Positions 28,702 to 36,261 of a stretch of 55,698 nucleotides of DNA are shown piece after piece. Source of the stretch: a virus (taxonomy: Duplodnaviria; Caudoviricetes); IMG/VR virus record IMGVR_UViG_3300009706_000010, positions 1-55,698 of that record; one strand, given 5' to 3'. How positions within the stretch are numbered: the first letter of the stretch is position 1; the number at the start of each line of letters is the position of its first letter. Both the position numbers and the translations under genes were made by a program. Under the pieces are notes generated by a model. The model was not told the origin of the DNA. It worked only from the letters and a program-made list of their open reading frames with translations, and ran no database searches.

Positions 28702-29156
28702 CGATGTTCACGGATGCCCTGCGCTTCGTCGGGCAGGTCATGGAGATCAAGGGGTCTGAACATCAGCCGTTCATCCAATGGTGCTTCTCGCTCTGTGGCT
28801 ACGGCCCTGAGACGCCGGACGAGACGCCATGGTGTTCTGCCTTTGTCAACGAGCTTGCGTGGCGCCTACGGCTTCCTCGCTCGAAATCAGCAGCGGCGCG
28901 GTCGTGGCTCAACGTCGGGCGCCCGATTTCGTTGAGCGAGGCGAGGGCGGAGAACGATGTGGTGGTCTTCAAGCGCGGCGGCGCCGGGCAGCCCGGGCCG
29001 GAAGTCACGAAAGGTGCGCCGGGGCATGTCGCGGTCTTCGCTGGCTTTGAGGCGCCGTGGGAGAACGTGCAGGTCATCGGCGGCAATCAGGCGGATGGTG
29101 TCACGGTCGCATCCTTCCCGGTCGATCGGGTGCTTGGCGTTCGGAGGCTGGACTGA
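28698..29156 (+). CDS. Endolysin, NlpC/P60-CHAP-like (TIGR02594-type)
   Basis: DETPWCSAFV, ARSW, GHVA, GGNQ. Confidence 0.88.
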   Translation: MTMFTDALRFVGQVMEIKGSEHQPFIQWCFSLCGYGPETPDETPWCSAFVNELAWRLRLPRSKSAAARSWLNVGRPISLSEARAENDVVVFKRGGAGQPGPEVTKGAPGHVAVFAGFEAPWENVQVIGGNQADGVTVASFPVDRVLGVRRLD

Positions 29157-29461
29157 TGGGCCTACGAGACGCGGTAAACAAGTTCAAGGCGTGGCGGGAA
29201 TACGGGCGCCTGAAAAAGCTGTGGGAGGGCTACAGGATGAACAAGGGACACGAGCCGGTTATGCTCGCATCGGTCGTTCGGTCGGCTGCGGTGATCGCGG
29301 CGCTCTTGGGCTACGCTGAAATCAGCGAGGAGCAGGTGGAGTCAATCGTTGTCGTGGGCGGCGCGGCGATCGTTGGCTTCGACATACTCAGTTCATGGCT
29401 CACCCGGCGGAAGACTGTCTCGGTGAAGAAACTTGAAGAGGAAGGCAAGGTGGTATCGTGA
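29156..29461 (+). CDS. Putative holin
   Basis: Two TM segments and a basic C-terminus, after the endolysin. Confidence 0.6.
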   Translation: MGLRDAVNKFKAWREYGRLKKLWEGYRMNKGHEPVMLASVVRSAAVIAALLGYAEISEEQVESIVVVGGAAIVGFDILSSWLTRRKTVSVKKLEEEGKVVS

Positions 29462-29718
29462 ATCGCCTCCGGTCGTTCTTCGGGTTCCTCGGTCGTCTGA
29501 TGATGCGCGGGTTCAAGCTCGCGCAGAAGCGCGGCCTGTCTGACTTCGCGTTGGAAACGGCGCTCCAGCTTGCCCGTGCCGCGCAGTCCACATCGCAGGA
29601 TGGCCGAACAAAGCATGATTGGGTGCTGGGTCAGCTTACGCAGCGTGGCCTGTCGGAGAATATCGCCCGGGGCGCGATTTTCCTCGCCGTTGAGATAATC
29701 AAGGGCGACCGAAAATAG
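29458..29718 (+). CDS. Lysis-associated hypothetical protein
   Basis: Amphipathic; G..K..WV...I..AV pattern. Confidence 0.5.
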   Translation: MNRLRSFFGFLGRLMMRGFKLAQKRGLSDFALETALQLARAAQSTSQDGRTKHDWVLGQLTQRGLSENIARGAIFLAVEIIKGDRK

Positions 29719-29757
29719 TTCTTGACATGTCTGTTAATTGATATTATCATTCAGGGC
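29712..29757 (+). promoter_or_regulatory. Repeated promoter/operator element P1 (class I)
   Basis: AAAATAG..TTGACA(29722)-17-TATCAT(29745)-7 nt-ATG29758. Confidence 0.9.
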
Positions 29758-30033
29758 ATGGACAAGATAAAGACGACGTGCGGTAAAGGCGGCTGCTACC
29801 TCAAGCCTGAGATTTGGTCATGCTCCGGCTGTAACACACTGATTTTGCGCGAGGAGGCAAGGCACACGGTTCCGGATGGTAGCTATAGTCGGAGCTATCA
29901 TTGCCGCTGTTTCGATGTCGCTGATGCTGATGCAGGATTGAGCATTGACGAACCGGAAGTCTGCGACGTTTGCGATCGGGCTATCACAGAGCATTCAAAC
30001 GATTGCCCTGAGAGCGACGAAAACCGAAAATAG
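29758..30033 (+). CDS. Cys-rich small protein (leaderless)
   Basis: ATG at predicted +1 of P1; several Cys motifs. Confidence 0.6.
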   Translation: MDKIKTTCGKGGCYLKPEIWSCSGCNTLILREEARHTVPDGSYSRSYHCRCFDVADADAGLSIDEPEVCDVCDRAITEHSNDCPESDENRK

Positions 30034-30067
30034 CCCTTGACATCGGCGCAAGATTTGGTAATATCAA
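30027..30067 (+). promoter_or_regulatory. Repeated promoter element P2 (class II)
   Basis: AAAATAG..TTGACA(30037)-16-TAATAT(30059) with TG extension. Confidence 0.85.
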
Positions 30068-30075
30068 TCTTGCAA

Positions 30076-30119
30076 GCGCGGCTCCGGCTGTCAGATACGG
30101 GCTCTGGCCGGAGTCGCGC
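30076..30119 (+). other. 5' leader stem-loop downstream of P2
   Basis: GCGCGGCTCCGGC / GCCGGAGTCGCGC 13-bp stem plus inner CAGA/TCTG, then AGGAG SD. Confidence 0.7.
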
Positions 30120-30138
30120 AAACTAGGAGATTGAGACG

Positions 30139-30369
30139 ATGACGACACTAAACAAAGTGGCCGAAGCGCTCAAATCGCTGTCTGACGCCACGGACCCTGC
30201 CGAGATTTTCTTCTGTATTCACTACACCACAAAGCGAGTGGCGAAGGAAGCCGGGGTGAGCGAGGCTTCGGCCCGATACCATCTGAGCAAATTGGTTCGC
30301 TGCCGGGGCTTTTACCGGAAGCGCTTTTCTGGCGGTGCCTTCGGCTATCGCTGCGAGGTGGAGCGATGA
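30139..30369 (+). CDS. Winged-HTH DNA-binding protein
   Basis: TTKRVAKEAGVSEASARYHLSKLV HTH followed by a beta-wing. Confidence 0.7.
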   Translation: MTTLNKVAEALKSLSDATDPAEIFFCIHYTTKRVAKEAGVSEASARYHLSKLVRCRGFYRKRFSGGAFGYRCEVER

Positions 30370-30539
30370 GTAACGCAGAGTGCGCTGGCATGGTCATCGA
30401 GTATGTGCACGAAGGTCGGACACCGGCGAATCAGCGTGTCTTAGCGAGGCTGGCGCAGGCATCGCGGCAACTGCGGGACGCTGGCGTGGATGTCCTTGAT
30501 CCGGTGGCGCTGTCACTGATCGCGATGGCCGGGGAATGA
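30366..30539 (+). CDS. Small hypothetical protein
   Basis: Manually read 57-aa ORF with ATGA overlaps on both sides. Confidence 0.45.
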   Translation: MSNAECAGMVIEYVHEGRTPANQRVLARLAQASRQLRDAGVDVLDPVALSLIAMAGE

Positions 30540-30853
30540 CGCTGCTGGATGTAGAGGCGGTGCTAGCTCGGCTCCGGCGCGGAGAAGTCTCGGTGGCCGA
30601 CGCTCGGCGAGCGGTCGCGGGGTGGCTCCGATGAGGAGTAAACCGCAGAGAAGACATCATTCGATGAAGATCGGTGGTCAGCGCAAGTCGAAATACGCTG
30701 ACGACACAACGATCAGGATGGACTGCTTCGGCGGCTACGATGAGCACTCTGTCACCGAAGCGCTGCCTCGATTCGTTCCCTTCTCCGGAATGGACTCCCT
30801 TAACGGTCAGACCGGCCCTCACCTCTCACGATTCCTGCTGTTGCAAATAGTCG

Positions 30854-30898
30854 AAAATAACTCTTGACATCCCACCAGATTGATATTATCATTCGGAC
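30854..30898 (+). promoter_or_regulatory. Repeated promoter element P3 (class I)
   Basis: TTGACA(30864)-17-TATCAT(30887)-6 nt-ATG30899. Confidence 0.9.
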
Positions 30899-31195
30899 AT
30901 GGCAAAGACACAGACGATGACGGCGGCGAGGATGGGCAAGCTGATCGCGGCGACTTCTGACCGGCTGCCGACAATTTCCGAGTGGCTGCGGCGGATGGAA
31001 GCGATCGGCAACGAGTATCTGAACGAAGCTATCGAGGGGATCTGGTGCGGACGATCGGGCGAGGTCCGGCTGAGTCTTCCGGACCCGCTGAAGCCTGCCA
31101 CGATGTCGGCTTTTCTCTGCATGGGTTGGCACGAAGGCAAGGTCGAATTCTGCTACCTCACGTCGTATCGCGTCACCGGGGGTGGAATCCGATGA
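30899..31195 (+). CDS. Hypothetical protein (leaderless)
   Basis: ATG at predicted +1 of P3. Confidence 0.65.
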   Translation: MAKTQTMTAARMGKLIAATSDRLPTISEWLRRMEAIGNEYLNEAIEGIWCGRSGEVRLSLPDPLKPATMSAFLCMGWHEGKVEFCYLTSYRVTGGGIR

Positions 31196-31512
31196 CACTC
31201 GATGAAGCGTGCAAGATCGTCCTGCCGGAGCTTCGGGCGGTCACGATCGACGCTTGGGGGCCGGATGACTTCGAGGACGATCCGGAACTGAAAACGATAG
31301 TTGACGACGTTGGAGCAGGCGTGTTTTCTCCGCCGGTCGTCGCAGAGTTGCTTGACAGGTCAAACGCAGATTGGGTGCGCGGCAGGATGAAGACAGCGGT
31401 ATTCACTGTCCTTGCCGGGCATGGCGCGTTGGAGGAATTTGACGACGAGGCGGTTTGGTCGCGTCGGCCTATCACACGGATGATCAACGGCACACGCTAC
31501 ATCATAGGTTAG
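31192..31512 (+). CDS. Acidic hypothetical protein
   Basis: ATGA-coupled to the upstream gene. Confidence 0.55.
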   Translation: MTLDEACKIVLPELRAVTIDAWGPDDFEDDPELKTIVDDVGAGVFSPPVVAELLDRSNADWVRGRMKTAVFTVLAGHGALEEFDDEAVWSRRPITRMINGTRYIIG

Positions 31513-31523
31513 GAGATTCAACG

Positions 31524-31742
31524 ATGACTGACGCAGCCACACGCGGCATACTGACCGGCAATCTGTGGGCGCTCCCGTCCACGGTCGCATTCCAAACATT
31601 CGAGGAGCTACAGGTGGGCGACTTGTTCAAGGAATACGGCGGCACCGGTGAGGTCTTCAAAAAGGTGAGCGACGGCGAGGCGTGGGGCGACGATGGCACC
31701 AGTATCCACTTCGCACTTGCGGCGACGGTCATCCCGGGATGA
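31524..31742 (+). CDS. Small protein with one copy of the F..L..G..F...K domain
   Basis: AGGAG SD; FEELQVGDLF...FKKV; homologous to a segment of 32000-32389. Confidence 0.65.
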   Translation: MTDAATRGILTGNLWALPSTVAFQTFEELQVGDLFKEYGGTGEVFKKVSDGEAWGDDGTSIHFALAATVIPG

Positions 31743-31945
31743 CGAAATACACGCTGCTGTATCGCCCACCCTGCTTCTCTAGCCTCCCTCGCGCCGGTTG
31801 GACGCTGCTCGAACGTCCGCAGGGGCCGGGCTTCGAGCTTCGCCCGGACCTCCCGGTGAGCGCTCACCGGTTCGGCGTCATGACATTCGACCGTGAGCTA
31901 ACGGCGGAGGAAGTCGAGTCGTTCGAACTCCAGCGGGTGCCTTGA
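31739..31945 (+). CDS. Standalone DarA C-terminal-like domain protein
   Basis: Y.L..RP....LP...FG.MTFDRELT.EE.ESFEL resembles the DarA_C motif (recalled, not searched). Confidence 0.55.
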   Translation: MTKYTLLYRPPCFSSLPRAGWTLLERPQGPGFELRPDLPVSAHRFGVMTFDRELTAEEVESFELQRVP

Positions 31946-31954
31946 AAATAGTTG

Positions 31955-31999
31955 AAATAATCCTTGACTCGCACCGGGATTGATATTATCATTCTAGGC
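31955..31999 (+). promoter_or_regulatory. Repeated promoter element P4 (class I)
   Basis: TTGACT(31964)-17-TATCAT(31987)-7 nt-ATG32000. Confidence 0.9.
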
Positions 32000-32389
32000 A
32001 TGGAGATGACGACGACGCCAACCAAAATCCAAGGAGTATCCGATATGACTGTTCGATTTGATTCGCTCGCCATCGATGCGAAATTCGCCGGGGTCAATGG
32101 CCCACGGACGGTGCGCTACATCAAGACCGGGCCGGGGCATGCCGTCGCGGCGGCTGGCGGCGTTGGTCAGGCGGTATTTCAGCCGCACGAGCTTGTCGAG
32201 CCTGAGCACACATGGTCGATGCCATCCACGGTCACACATCAGCGGTTCGAGGTCTTGCTGGTCGGCGATGTCTTCGCGATGCTGGCGCATCCCACCGTTC
32301 GGCTGACGAAGACCGGCTCACATACGGCGGCTGACTCCGACGAACGTGAGATGTCGATCGGGCCGTTGGGGAAGGTCGTCCCGGCATAG
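32000..32389 (+). CDS. Hypothetical protein with two related ~50-aa domains
   Basis: VRFDSLAI...YIKTG and QRFEVLLVGDVF...LTKTG. Confidence 0.65.
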   Translation: MEMTTTPTKIQGVSDMTVRFDSLAIDAKFAGVNGPRTVRYIKTGPGHAVAAAGGVGQAVFQPHELVEPEHTWSMPSTVTHQRFEVLLVGDVFAMLAHPTVRLTKTGSHTAADSDEREMSIGPLGKVVPA

Positions 32390-32398
32390 CATCCCACT

Positions 32399-32425
32399 CC
32401 CGGCGCGGGGTATTCTCGCGCCGGG
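32399..32425. terminator. GC-rich hairpin between cassettes
   Basis: CCCGGCGCG-N9-CGCGCCGGG followed by AAAAT; no + strand U-tract, so a terminator role is uncertain. Confidence 0.4.
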
Positions 32426-32471
32426 AAAATAATCCTTGACTCTCACCGGGATTGATATTATCATCATGGAG
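32426..32471 (+). promoter_or_regulatory. Repeated promoter element P5 (class I)
   Basis: TTGACT(32436)-17-TATCAT(32459)-7 nt-ATG32472. Confidence 0.9.
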
Positions 32472-32864
32472 ATGGAGACGACGACGACGGCCACAGCGAA
32501 TCAGGGAGACACGCCAATGACCATCCAAGTTCGATTCGACTCGCTCGCTATCCACACCGGCTTCATGGCAATCAACGGCCCACGGGAAGTGCAATACATC
32601 AAGGTCGGCGGTCGGCATGCCACGCCGGTCGGCGGCGTCGGAGTCGCGGCATTCATGGGCGGCGAGATGGTCACACCGGAAGCGCCCGGCGTCGTCGGCT
32701 CGGCCACGAGCCCGGTCAATCTGGCTAAAGCGCTCGTATCGCAGACCGGCACGGAGACTTGCTCGGCCTGCCTTCACACTATCGTCGCCGGGCTCCCGAT
32801 GACGCAGAGCGGCAGCGGCGACTATTACCACATGACGGCTGACGACTGCGGGGCGGCTCGATGA
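32472..32864 (+). CDS. Hypothetical protein, paralogue of the 32000 N-domain plus a Cys/His domain
   Basis: VRFDSLAI...NGPR.V.YIK.G..HA...GGVG; CSAC...YH....C. Confidence 0.65.
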   Translation: METTTTATANQGDTPMTIQVRFDSLAIHTGFMAINGPREVQYIKVGGRHATPVGGVGVAAFMGGEMVTPEAPGVVGSATSPVNLAKALVSQTGTETCSACLHTIVAGLPMTQSGSGDYYHMTADDCGAAR

Positions 32865-33949
32865 CACGGGAATTTCCCTCGAAGTCATCGAGCGCAATCC
32901 ACACGATGACCTTCACGGCGGCAGGCGCGATTGACTGGTGCACTTGCCCGGCATGGCGGAATCAGAAGCCGAACAAGCCTCGCGACTGCCCACACGCCCG
33001 TCTCGTGCGAGCGGAGGGGCAGACGGGCCAGACATCGCCGGAGCCGGTGAAAGCCTCACAGGAGGCGAGCAGCGCAGCCGACGAGCCGGTTCGCGGCCTG
33101 CCTCCGGCGCCAATGCTCGCGTCTGCGATGACGACGCGGGTAGAGGGCGCCGAGTTTGACGCCACGTTCGCTCACGGCTGGACGATGGAGCAGAAGATGG
33201 ACGGCCACCGGATTACGGTCGTCATCGAGGGCGCGGATGTGTGGGCCTACGCTCGTCCACGGGGCGACAAGCCACCGACATCGGTGCAGATGCCCGGCAT
33301 GATGATCGAAGCGCTTCAGGCGCTCGGCACTGGCGTCTACGACGGCGAGTTCGTCACGCCGGGCGGAATTTCGAGCGACGTATCGCGGGTGCTGGCGGCG
33401 ATTCGGAACGGGCAGTCGGACGGCTCGGATCTGATGTTCATCGCTTGGGATGTCGTCTCACTCGATGGCGCCTCCGTCGCCTGCTCCTACAGCACACGGC
33501 GGCGTGAGATGCTGCTGGACCGGCTGCGCCGTCTCCCGGCAGGCCAGCGCAGCGTGTCCACGGTCGAGTCAGTCACGCCGACATGGGCCGCGATCGAGGA
33601 AATCTGGCGGCAGGGCGGTGAGGGCGCGATTCTGAAGCGTTCGGCGGCGACGTATCAGGCCGGGCGCCGGTCACCGGACTGGCTGAAGGTGAAAGAGGAA
33701 GGCGCGGCGGTCGGCAGAATCACCGGATTCAAGCCGGGATCGTTCGGGCCACACTCGGTCACTTGCCTCACGCTGGAGAGCGGTATCGAGACGACGGTGA
33801 AGACGAAGAACAAGGCCACGCTGGCTGACATCGCGAAGGACGAAACGCGCTACATCGGCGCACGGCTGGTGATCTCCCACAAAGGACTGTTGAAGGGCGG
33901 CAAGCCGCGACACCCTGTTTTTGATCATCTAGCAGGAGAGGGGGAGTAA
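32861..33949 (+). CDS. lig: ATP-dependent DNA ligase with N-terminal SWIM-like Zn finger
   Basis: EQKMDGHR (KxDG), YDGEF, WDV, EGAILK, Y..GRRS.DWLKVK, PRHPVF; CTCPAW...CPH. Confidence 0.9.
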   Translation: MTREFPSKSSSAIHTMTFTAAGAIDWCTCPAWRNQKPNKPRDCPHARLVRAEGQTGQTSPEPVKASQEASSAADEPVRGLPPAPMLASAMTTRVEGAEFDATFAHGWTMEQKMDGHRITVVIEGADVWAYARPRGDKPPTSVQMPGMMIEALQALGTGVYDGEFVTPGGISSDVSRVLAAIRNGQSDGSDLMFIAWDVVSLDGASVACSYSTRRREMLLDRLRRLPAGQRSVSTVESVTPTWAAIEEIWRQGGEGAILKRSAATYQAGRRSPDWLKVKEEGAAVGRITGFKPGSFGPHSVTCLTLESGIETTVKTKNKATLADIAKDETRYIGARLVISHKGLLKGGKPRHPVFDHLAGEGE

Positions 33950-34683
33950 TTGAGCGGACACCATCGGATACTGAGGCTGAGCATAGGAGGCGAACGATGA
34001 CTAGGACGGTAGAACAACGGCGGCAGCATGTCGCGGGTGTGATGATGGCGGCGATCATGGCCGGGACCGCTGCCGGAGTCGCGATCGGTGGGCTGATCGT
34101 ATGGGCGCTCGGCCATGGATAACGGCAGGGTGAGGATCGGCGACTGGTGTCCGATCTGCTTCGGCCCGTGCAGAGGCCGTGGAAACGCGCCTGATGGGTG
34201 GGCATGGCTCGGCTTGGCGCTGGTCGTTATTGTGGCTGTCACCGCTGCCCTGGTCTTCCTGCCGGGCCTGCTGTGAAATTGACGCCGGAGCACTTCAAGC
34301 TAAAGGCGCCATGCGTGTCCTGTCCGTTCATGCGGGGCGGTGTGAAGCACGGGCCGGAGTCGGCATTCGGGTATGCCGCTCATCTCACGTTCGGCAACCG
34401 GATTCGCGGTGCTCACGCGGTCGCGAGCTTCGGCTTCGATTTGATCGGGCGCCTTGTCCGGCTCGGCACACGATCGCGGCTCGGCCTTCCCACGCAGGTC
34501 TGGCGAGCAGAGGACGACGGAAAATGAAACCAATCGAAGTCATGTTCGCAGAGCAGGCGGAACGGCTGCGCCGGATGCCGATTCGCGCCACTCAGCCGCA
34601 CCATTGCCACGACCGGAAGTGCGGACTGTGCAAGCGCCGGATCAGGAACGAGGATCAGCGGAAGTATCGGAAGCGGGTGGAGA

Positions 34684-35166
34684 ATGGGTGAGGTCACTCC
34701 GGCGCAATTCGGGCTGTTGGGCTACATGCAGTCGCTCACCGTCATGCACTACGGTCGGAAGGCTGAGCGCCGGGCGCAGGGCTTCGCCTTCAGTTGCATC
34801 GAGGAGTATCTGTTACTGCGTGGCAGGCTGTGGAATCGCGAGGACTGGCGGAAGCCGTTCGGCTTCGCGATGATGACACCGAAACAGTGTTTCGATAACG
34901 CTTACTGGCTGGCATCGAGCCGTGTCGGACTGCGCTACGTGGAAGGCTACGCCACCAGCGTGATACCGATCCTGCATGCGTGGTGCGTAGACGGGAACGA
35001 TCAGGTCATCGACCTGACATGGCGGGAGTTCTCGCACACCAACGAAGTGCCGAGTTACTTCGGCGCCGTCTTCCCACTGGCGACGGTGAAAGCCTGTCGC
35101 TCGGCGAGGAACTGTTCGGTCCTGCAAGATTGGGAAAACGGCTATCCGGTGCTCCGGGCGCAATGA
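34684..35166 (+). CDS. Papain/transglutaminase-like hypothetical protein
   Basis: CFDNA...YVEGYA...HAW...VIDLTW, candidate Cys-His-Asp triad. Confidence 0.55.
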   Translation: MGEVTPAQFGLLGYMQSLTVMHYGRKAERRAQGFAFSCIEEYLLLRGRLWNREDWRKPFGFAMMTPKQCFDNAYWLASSRVGLRYVEGYATSVIPILHAWCVDGNDQVIDLTWREFSHTNEVPSYFGAVFPLATVKACRSARNCSVLQDWENGYPVLRAQ

Positions 35167-35206
35167 TGCCACGGTCTGGTGGCGTCTGAAGGGTTGAAAA
35201 TAATCG

Positions 35207-35252
35207 AAAAGAACCCTTGACTCTCGCTATGGTTGATATTATCATTCTAGGT
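35207..35252 (+). promoter_or_regulatory. Repeated promoter element P6 (class I)
   Basis: TTGACT(35217)-17-TATCAT(35240)-7 nt-ATG35253. Confidence 0.9.
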
Positions 35253-35534
35253 ATGGCGATGACGACGACGGCAACCGAGATTCAGGGAGATACCATGATC
35301 CACGAAATGACGGCCAACACAATCCAGACACCCCGGACCTATTCGACTTTCGGCAATGCGAAGGCGAAGCTGATCAAGGCGATCGAAATCTCGGGTCACA
35401 AGCCTGATGCTGTCCGCTGGATGATCGGGGTGGCTGACGATGGTCGCTTCGCTCCGGTCGTCATCGGCGCCAACGACCGCGCCGGACAGAGCAACATGGA
35501 CTTCATCCACATCGGCGTCACGGTGGTCGGATGA
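35253..35534 (+). CDS. Hypothetical protein
   Basis: RTY.T..NA...DGRFAPV pattern; leaderless ATG plus in-frame SD-led ATG. Confidence 0.65.
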   Translation: MAMTTTATEIQGDTMIHEMTANTIQTPRTYSTFGNAKAKLIKAIEISGHKPDAVRWMIGVADDGRFAPVVIGANDRAGQSNMDFIHIGVTVVG

Positions 35535-35779
35535 CCGGGGGTTTGGGAACGCGGAGCGCTGCGGAGTTTGAGCGCACCTGCCGGGCGCAGGATGCGTTCG
35601 ATCTGGCGCTCGGCGAGGACTATGGAAACTTCATGGAACGTCACATGGTCGTCACGGAGATGGCGTGGGATGGCGATGCGAAGGCGGAGGCCGAACTAGT
35701 GGAGATGGAGGCCCGACTGACCCGGGCAGAGCGCGTTCGCAGCAAGATCGAGGCGACACCGCTCAGGGGTGAGAGATGA
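35531..35779 (+). CDS. Hypothetical protein
   Basis: ATGA-coupled ORF. Confidence 0.5.
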   Translation: MTGGLGTRSAAEFERTCRAQDAFDLALGEDYGNFMERHMVVTEMAWDGDAKAEAELVEMEARLTRAERVRSKIEATPLRGER

Positions 35780-36024
35780 ACCGATACGCAGCGACGGGCC
35801 GTTCGGATCAAGAGGTGCAGCGAACCTTCTCCTCCAAGCGCGAGGCGAACGACTACGCGAGCCGTGTGAGATTTCAAGGTGGCCGGGTGCTGATTCACGA
35901 CTTGCAGACCGGGGTGATTATCCGCGACACCGGGAAGCCGCACGGGCAGGTATGGGCCTTCCCGTCTCGGAAGGGTGAGCCGTCACCTTTACCGAAAATA
36001 GTTCTTGACTCTCACCTGGTTTGA
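35776..36024 (+). CDS. Hypothetical protein
   Basis: ATGA-coupled ORF whose 3' end runs into P7. Confidence 0.45.
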   Translation: MNRYAATGRSDQEVQRTFSSKREANDYASRVRFQGGRVLIHDLQTGVIIRDTGKPHGQVWAFPSRKGEPSPLPKIVLDSHLV

Positions 36025-36040
36025 TATTATCATTCTGGAC
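35996..36040 (+). promoter_or_regulatory. Repeated promoter element P7 (class I)
   Basis: TTGACT(36005)-17-TATCAT(36028)-7 nt-ATG36041. Confidence 0.9.
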
Positions 36041-36253
36041 ATGGCGAATGCGACGACACTGACGGAGCGCACAGAGGTCGCGGGAATCCAAGTCGAAGTG
36101 AGAGAGATGGATTTCCTGCTCGCGATGTTCAAGCGACTCGGCGGGACCGCTGACGGCGCAACGGACAAAAGCATCGACCTGCACTTTCCGACTGAGCGAG
36201 CAGCCAACGAGTTCAAGGCTGCCGCTGTCACACGCGGCGCAATTTTTGATTAG
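36041..36253 (+). CDS. Hypothetical protein (leaderless)
   Basis: ATG at predicted +1 of P7. Confidence 0.6.
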   Translation: MANATTLTERTEVAGIQVEVREMDFLLAMFKRLGGTADGATDKSIDLHFPTERAANEFKAAAVTRGAIFD

Positions 36254-36261
36254 GAGGACCG

